A stretch of 53,765 bases of DNA, from contig CAYIYJ010000001.1 in NCBI GenBank assembly GCA_964367655.1, forward strand, positions 1-53,765, written 5' to 3'. The DNA is from an uncultured Candidatus Saccharibacteria bacterium (GTDB lineage Bacteria; Patescibacteriota; Minisyncoccia; Phycocordibacterales; CAIZLB01). Below, piece by piece: positions 49,083 through 53,765 of the stretch. Below the pieces are notes generated by a model. That model did no database searches, was not told the DNA's origin, and was given only the letters and a program-made list of their open reading frames with translations. The number at the start of each line of letters is the position of its first letter. The first letter of the stretch is position 1. Both the position numbers and the translations under genes were made by a program.

Positions 49083-49171
49083 TCAGTAACCTTAGGTTCT
49101 AAGCCCGAGTGGGGTCGAAATTCAGACCTTCAAAATATCCTTAAAAACTAGCCTATTCGTGCTAGCACGAG
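49083..49171 (+). repeat. junction-repeat fragment in inverted orientation, with a 14-nt perfect palindrome
   Basis: GCCCGAGTGGGGTCGA (49103-49118) reads on the + strand here, whereas it reads on the minus strand in every other copy. It is followed by cctatTCGTGCTAGCACGAg, with the palindrome at 49157-49170. Confidence 0.7.
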
Positions 49172-49322
49172 TTGGCGGGCCCACTCCGACTCGAAGCTTA
49201 CAGCTTCAGTATACCTTTGCGGTTTGACTCGGACAAACGTCCTCGCAAACATCGCAAAGCTTTTCGAGTCGGGGAAAAGCTACGCTTTTCCTAACTCTAA
49301 CATATTGTGGTAACTGCGGGCC
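49172..49322 (-). repeat. 151-bp ORF-less structured unit, copy 2, abutting tRNA-Trp
   Basis: See copy 1. Its right-hand GCGGGCC (49316-49322) is the 3' acceptor end of the tRNA. Confidence 0.85.
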
Positions 49323-49388
49323 CACTCCGACTCGAACGGAGAATTGCGCGTTTGGAGTGCGATGTTTTACCATTGAAACTATAGGCCC
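49317..49388 (-). tRNA. tRNA-Trp(CCA), with a weak anticodon stem
   Basis: Manual fold, 72 nt: acceptor GGGCCTA/TGGGCCC, D arm GTTT-CAATGGTA-AAAC, anticodon loop CTCCAAA and T arm CTCCG-TTCGAGT-CGGAG. The anticodon stem TCGCA/CGCGC has only 3 Watson-Crick pairs. CCA is not encoded. Confidence 0.65.
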
Positions 49389-49453
49389 TTGTGTGCAAAA
49401 ACCTGCACTACATCAATATAGCACAGGTTTTCGCAATATATAAGTCAGGAATC

Positions 49454-49618
49454 TTATTTCTTTGACTCTTCAAAAACCTCTCTTTTTCGAGTGATTTTAC
49501 TATACTTTTTAAGCTTTAGTTTTGGCATAACAGAAGAACCTGGCTTACCTGACTTTCGCATATGGATAGTCTCACCAGTTTTTTTATTTCTAAGCTTTAC
49601 TAATTTTTTCTGTGGCAT
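49454..49618 (-). CDS. rpmG: 50S ribosomal protein L33 (Cys-less form)
   Basis: My own translation gives MPQKKLVKLRNKKTGETIHMRKSGKPGSSVMPKLKLKKYSKITRKREVFEESKK (54 aa). The C-terminal KLKLKKYSKITRKREVFEESK matches the L33 consensus LELKKYCP.CRKHT.HKE.K. It is below the size cut-off of the ORF track. Confidence 0.6.
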   Translation of the reverse strand: MPQKKLVKLRNKKTGETIHMRKSGKPGSSVMPKLKLKKYSKITRKREVFEESKK

Positions 49619-49661
49619 GTGATGCGTCTTGTATTATGTTAATAATTAAATCTTTTCGATT

Positions 49662-49747
49662 TGGTGCGCAGAGTAGGATTTGAACCTACGTAGCCCGAAG
49701 GCGTCTGATTTACAGTCAGATGCGATTGACCACTCCGCCATCTGCGC
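49662..49747 (-). tRNA. tRNA-Tyr(GTA), class II with a long variable arm
   Basis: Manual fold: acceptor GCGCAGA/TCTGCGC, anticodon arm TCTGA-CTGTAAA-TCAGA, variable arm CGCCTTCGGGCTAC and T arm TAGG?TTCAAATCCTA. ACCA is encoded. Confidence 0.88.
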
Positions 49748-49800
49748 TCGTGCATATGACAAATATACACTATTTTTGAGGAAAATCAATCCTCCCTGCC

Positions 49801-52500
49801 TTAATCAACCTCCTCAACCAGCTCCTTTATAGTACCTCGAGACTTGGACTTATTTGACTTCTGTTTTACATCGAAAGTCAGTTCTCCTCGTTTATCCATA
49901 TCAATAGTCACTCGAGCACCCGATGTGAGACCTTCAGATATCATCATAGACGCAAGTGGAGTAAGCACTTTTGATTGTATTAATCGTCGTAGTGGTCGAG
50001 CACCGTATTGTGGGTTGTATCCCTCCTTGGCAAGGTATTCATATACTGCGTCAGTAAAATGCAATGATATCTCTTTTTCAGTAAGACGTGCTTGCACCTT
50101 GTTGATCTCAATATCCACGATCTTTCGTATTGCTTCAGGACGCAATACATCGAATGTAATAATCTCATCAAGACGGTTCAAGAACTCTGGACGGAAATGT
50201 TCTTTCAAACTTTCCATCACTTTTTCTTTCACTTCATCATACTGAGATGTTTTATCTGCAGTGTCTGAAAAACCAATACTTTTCATCCGATCGATGTATT
50301 GAGCGCCAATGTTTGATGTCATGATGATAACTGTATTTTTAAAGTTTACAGTTCTTCCTTTTGAATCAGTAAGACGTCCGTTGTCCAAGATCTGTAGAAG
50401 CACGTTGAAGATATCAGGATGAGCCTTCTCGATCTCATCAAAGAGAATAACTGAGTATGGTCGATGTTTTACCTTGTCAGCCAGTGTTCCAGTATCTTCA
50501 TGTCCAACATATCCTGGAGGTGCGCCGATGATCTTAGACACAGTATGACGTTCTGCATATTCTGACATATCGATACGGATAAGCGCCTTCTCATCATCAA
50601 ACATAAAGTTAGCAAGTGCTTTTGTAAGCTCAGTCTTTCCTACTCCAGTTGGACCAAGGAATATGAATGAACCAATAGGTCGCAATGGATCATGAATACC
50701 AACTCGTGATCGTTTGATTGTATCAACAACTGTTTTAACAGCTGCATCTTGTCCGATCACCTGACTCTTAAGAACCTCTTCCATACGTGCAAGTTTTCGA
50801 ACCTCCTCTTCAAGCATGCGAGTAACTGGGATACCAGTCCATCGTGCAACTACTTGTGCAATATCAGCTTCGTTTATTTCTTCTTTAAGAATTCTTTTAT
50901 TTGCATCCATCTTTCTTAGCTTTTTAGTTTTAGCTTCAAGTTCTTTTTCCAAAAGCGGTAGACGACCGTATCGTATCTCGGCTGCTTTACCCAGATCAGC
51001 TCGTGCTTCTGCACGTTCCGCTTCTTGTCGTAATGTTTCCAATTCTTTTTTGATTTCTTTGATACCAGAAAGAGATTCTTTTTCTGATTTCCATTTTGCC
51101 TCTACATCCTTGACATCATCCTTGACATCAGCGATGTTTTGCTCGATCTCTTTAATACGCTCTTTAGTTGCTTTGTTTGCAGGATCTTTGATAAGAGCTT
51201 CTCGTTCAATCTCAAGACGCATGATCTTTCGATGAGCCTCTTCAACCGCTTGTGGTTTATTTTCCAAAGATATCTTTAGTGATGAAGCAGCTTCATCGAT
51301 AAGGTCTATAGCTTTATCTGGAAGTTGTCTGTCTGTTATGTATCGACTTGAAAGTGATACTGCAGCAACAATAGCTTCGTCCAAGATTCGTACTCCGTGG
51401 AACAATTCGTACTTATCTTTCAAACCTCGCAAGATTGCTGTCGCATCTTCAATAGACGGCTCCTGAACATACACAGGTTGAAAACGTCGCTGTAATGCGG
51501 GATCTTTTTCAATATGTTTCTGATACTCACGAAGAGTTGTTGCACCGATCGCACGAAGATCTCCTCGAGCAAGTGCAGGTTTCAACATGTTTGACGCATC
51601 GAGAGAACCTTCTGTTCCTCCCGCTCCAACCATAGTATGAGTTTCATCGATGAAGAGAAGAATCTTTCCTTCTGCTTTTTCAATCTCTTTCAAAATAGTT
51701 TTCAATCGATCTTCAAATTCACCTCTATACTTTGTACCAGCAACAAGTGTTCCCATATCAAGAGAAAGAAGTTCTTTATCTTTCAAAGATTCTGGAACAT
51801 CTCCCATCGCGATACGATTGGCCAAACCTTCAACGATAGCTGTTTTACCGACACCGGCTTCTCCAAGAAGAATAGGATTGTTTTTTGTTCGTCGTGAAAG
51901 AATCTGTATTACTCGACCGATCTCAACATCTCGTCCGATAACTGGATCAAGTTTGTGTTCACGTGCCAATGCAGTTAGATTGCGTGTGTATTTTGTAAGT
52001 GCTTTTGCTTTTTTTGAATCACCTGTTTGTGCAGTACCTACTCCACCATTTTTTTGAGACTTTAAGGCTTCAAGTGTTTCAATACATTGATCTTGATTGA
52101 TCTTAAACTTCTCTATAAGTTCTCGACCAGGATTCATAGTTTCAAAAAAGGCAATAAAAAGATGTTCTACAGATACGAAGTTGTCTTTAACCTGTGCAGA
52201 TATCTTACCTGATGATTCGATAATAGATGCAAGTTCTGGTGTAAGGAACAGCTGATATGCTGGACTCAAAGTATTTGAGGTTTCTCCAGAATCAATAGCT
52301 TCAAAAGCATTGTCTGTCATCAATATAAAATCCACCCCCATACGTTCAAGCATGGTGACAACAAGAGAGTCTTCTTGTGTAAGCAGTGAGGCTAGGAGGT
52401 GCATAGGCTGGACATTGGTTTGCCCTCGCTCTATTGCCAATTCGTGAGCTCTGCGAATGGCCTCTTTAGCCCTCGTAGTAAAGTGGTTCAAAGGTATCAT
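49801..52500 (-). CDS. clpB: ATP-dependent chaperone ClpB
   Basis: 899 aa with a Clp N domain, two AAA+ modules ([18 protein letters not shown]) and a long coiled-coil middle domain between them. Confidence 0.93.
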   Translation of the reverse strand: MIPLNHFTTRAKEAIRRAHELAIERGQTNVQPMHLLASLLTQEDSLVVTMLERMGVDFILMTDNAFEAIDSGETSNTLSPAYQLFLTPELASIIESSGKISAQVKDNFVSVEHLFIAFFETMNPGRELIEKFKINQDQCIETLEALKSQKNGGVGTAQTGDSKKAKALTKYTRNLTALAREHKLDPVIGRDVEIGRVIQILSRRTKNNPILLGEAGVGKTAIVEGLANRIAMGDVPESLKDKELLSLDMGTLVAGTKYRGEFEDRLKTILKEIEKAEGKILLFIDETHTMVGAGGTEGSLDASNMLKPALARGDLRAIGATTLREYQKHIEKDPALQRRFQPVYVQEPSIEDATAILRGLKDKYELFHGVRILDEAIVAAVSLSSRYITDRQLPDKAIDLIDEAASSLKISLENKPQAVEEAHRKIMRLEIEREALIKDPANKATKERIKEIEQNIADVKDDVKDVEAKWKSEKESLSGIKEIKKELETLRQEAERAEARADLGKAAEIRYGRLPLLEKELEAKTKKLRKMDANKRILKEEINEADIAQVVARWTGIPVTRMLEEEVRKLARMEEVLKSQVIGQDAAVKTVVDTIKRSRVGIHDPLRPIGSFIFLGPTGVGKTELTKALANFMFDDEKALIRIDMSEYAERHTVSKIIGAPPGYVGHEDTGTLADKVKHRPYSVILFDEIEKAHPDIFNVLLQILDNGRLTDSKGRTVNFKNTVIIMTSNIGAQYIDRMKSIGFSDTADKTSQYDEVKEKVMESLKEHFRPEFLNRLDEIITFDVLRPEAIRKIVDIEINKVQARLTEKEISLHFTDAVYEYLAKEGYNPQYGARPLRRLIQSKVLTPLASMMISEGLTSGARVTIDMDKRGELTFDVKQKSNKSKSRGTIKELVEEVD

Positions 52501-52641
52501 ATGCGGAGTAGTATAGCATAAATGTCAAGCGGATGAACTATGGTTTTTAACCATCTCCCAGCCGTTGTGCAAATTTGACTTGTATAGAAAACAGTGAGAG
52601 TATTTAACCACCTCAGCGTGAGGTACAACATACACAAACCC

Positions 52642-53715
52642 ATGAACACTTGTACATTTAAACCGGGTGATGTATGTGTAGTACTTCACCCCGACGAATC
52701 AACCCCCTACACATTTCACCTGCTTAGCGATGAAGGCTGGTGGTATGACGGCAAACACAACCTGGCACTAGAGCCCAAAGGAACATCACTACTTCTTGAG
52801 CGTGCAATAAGTTCTGTAAAAGAAGGCTTGTTGGACGAAAATATAATTTCTCTACTGAAGATTCCGATGGCATACGAAAAATCTGCACGAGCTTTTCTCA
52901 AAAACCTGCGAAGAGTCTTGGATACACCAAACCCCAAGCCATACAAGACCGCAGACAACATGAGTATATCTGTAGGACGATTCCTCTTGGGTCTTCCTCG
53001 AAGAAAAACTCTTCCATCACAAGATGTGATCAGAGGAGCGGCTATGCTTCGTAGACTCATTACAACTGAGATGTTTTTGGAATCAGGTTCGTGGCCAGAA
53101 TCCGCGGCAAAGGTACTGAAGGCTGAGCAGTATCTGCTCGGAATCACGGAACCCAAGAGTTCTAAAAAACTTCTTCACCCTTTGTCGTCCGCCCACATAA
53201 TCATGGCCGAAGAAGGTGAAGTTTGTGCGGTGACTACATGGAATGGAGAAATTTATTTTGGAGTTTTTCTTGGAATGCGTAAAAAACTTGGTTATGAAAA
53301 CCCATTGATTTTAACACCTCCAAGCATCTTCGAAGCGAAGCAGGCTAATCCTGTGGTTGTCATCCCAGCAGGAAGCCCTGCACGCACGCGCAGTGTACTA
53401 CTAGACATCCGAACACCCACGATACGTCATGACAGGTTCGGCGAAATGGTCACCGCGGCCTTAGATTCCCAAAACAGACTCTCTGTACTAAGTCCCCCAA
53501 GCAGATTACCGGATTCGGTCATCGATCCTGAGAGAGTTCTTGGAATACGGGATTTGCGCGAGAGAAGGTTACAAATCCCACCCGTTGGCTGCATATTGAA
53601 AGCAAAGTTTCTGGGAGCTATACACCTTGCAGAAACCTCACCTGAGAGAGCACATTCTGCTTTCGTTGCAGCAGCTACAGCAATGAGGGCAGTAGAGCAA
53701 CTGCTCAAACAATAA
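52642..53715 (+). CDS. GC-elevated orphan protein
   Basis: Long ORF. The track start is a GTG at 52594; an internal ATG at 52642 gives MNTCTFKPGD. Spot counts give 32-35 G+C per 60 nt. No family recognised. Confidence 0.55.
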   Translation: MNTCTFKPGDVCVVLHPDESTPYTFHLLSDEGWWYDGKHNLALEPKGTSLLLERAISSVKEGLLDENIISLLKIPMAYEKSARAFLKNLRRVLDTPNPKPYKTADNMSISVGRFLLGLPRRKTLPSQDVIRGAAMLRRLITTEMFLESGSWPESAAKVLKAEQYLLGITEPKSSKKLLHPLSSAHIIMAEEGEVCAVTTWNGEIYFGVFLGMRKKLGYENPLILTPPSIFEAKQANPVVVIPAGSPARTRSVLLDIRTPTIRHDRFGEMVTAALDSQNRLSVLSPPSRLPDSVIDPERVLGIRDLRERRLQIPPVGCILKAKFLGAIHLAETSPERAHSAFVAAATAMRAVEQLLKQ

Positions 53716-53760
53716 CGAGCGGCCGAGCCCTTTGGGGCGAGGCCGTGTTTTTTTGTTTAT
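53716..53760 (+). terminator. GC-rich intrinsic terminator
   Basis: GGCCGAGCCC-tttg-GGGCGAGGCC followed by GTGTTTTTTTG. Confidence 0.7.
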
Positions 53761-53765
53761 TTTTT

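Larger units (their letters stand above)
45927..49322. mobile_element. candidate integrated module bounded by the 151-bp direct repeats (recombinase, GC-rich gene, SEC-C gene)
   Basis: Direct repeats 3245 bp apart, a recombinase gene inside, a tRNA gene at one end and foreign base composition inside. Confidence 0.45.

Noticed and set aside
36506-49322. Could the repeated intergenic elements be a CRISPR array?
   Set aside because: The repeats are 40-135 nt and heterogeneous. They are separated by 0.2-2.4 kb stretches that are full-length protein genes with their own promoters. No short regular repeat-spacer periodicity and no cas genes are present.
36506-49322. Is this a classical integron (attC sites plus IntI)?
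   Set aside because: The two ends of each repeat resemble each other in direct orientation, not inverted (GAGTGGGGTCGA versus GAGTCGGCCCGCC). No attC-type R''/R' hairpin can therefore be drawn. No tyrosine recombinase or attI/Pc arrangement is visible. Only the cassette-array logic is similar.

Overview
This is a low-GC, gene-dense bacterial chromosome segment. Spot counts give 22 G+C per 60 nt in typical stretches. Housekeeping genes are short or trimmed: pheS/pheT, truB, hisS, dnaE, tgt, thrS, tyrS, infC-rpmI-rplT, miaA, engB, rpmG and clpB. There is also a minimal type IV pilus-like cluster, many orphan secreted proteins, and promoters placed 6-10 nt from start codons. I associate this profile with reduced-genome CPR/Patescibacteria-like bacteria, but that is inference only. 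Positions 1-33 kb and 49.4-52.5 kb are core genome. The part worth a second look is ~36.5-49.4 kb. Starting from a tRNA-Trp(CCA) gene, every gene down to ~33 kb lies on the minus strand except a truncated serine recombinase. From ~36.5 kb to the tRNA these are mostly single-gene units separated by one repeat family. That repeat carries degenerate copies of the tRNA-Trp 3' end (CCCGCCAA), its own extended -10 promoter, and a recurring YTCGTGCTAG motif joined to three different flanks. A 151-bp ORF-less structured unit occurs twice with 2 mismatches. One copy sits right after the real tRNA and one after a pseudo-tRNA end, bracketing a 3.2-kb module. The module holds the serine recombinase, a strongly GC-rich foreign-looking gene and a SEC-C-motif protein. 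I read this as an integron-like, tRNA-anchored cassette array built by site-specific recombination; this is a hypothesis, not a demonstrated system. Other items are three promoter/terminator-bracketed small structured RNA candidates after dnaE, a structured leader upstream of a small membrane-protein gene, further GC-elevated orphan genes, and three tRNAs (Leu-CAA, Trp-CCA, Tyr-GTA). No CRISPR array, rRNA or recognisable transposase was seen.
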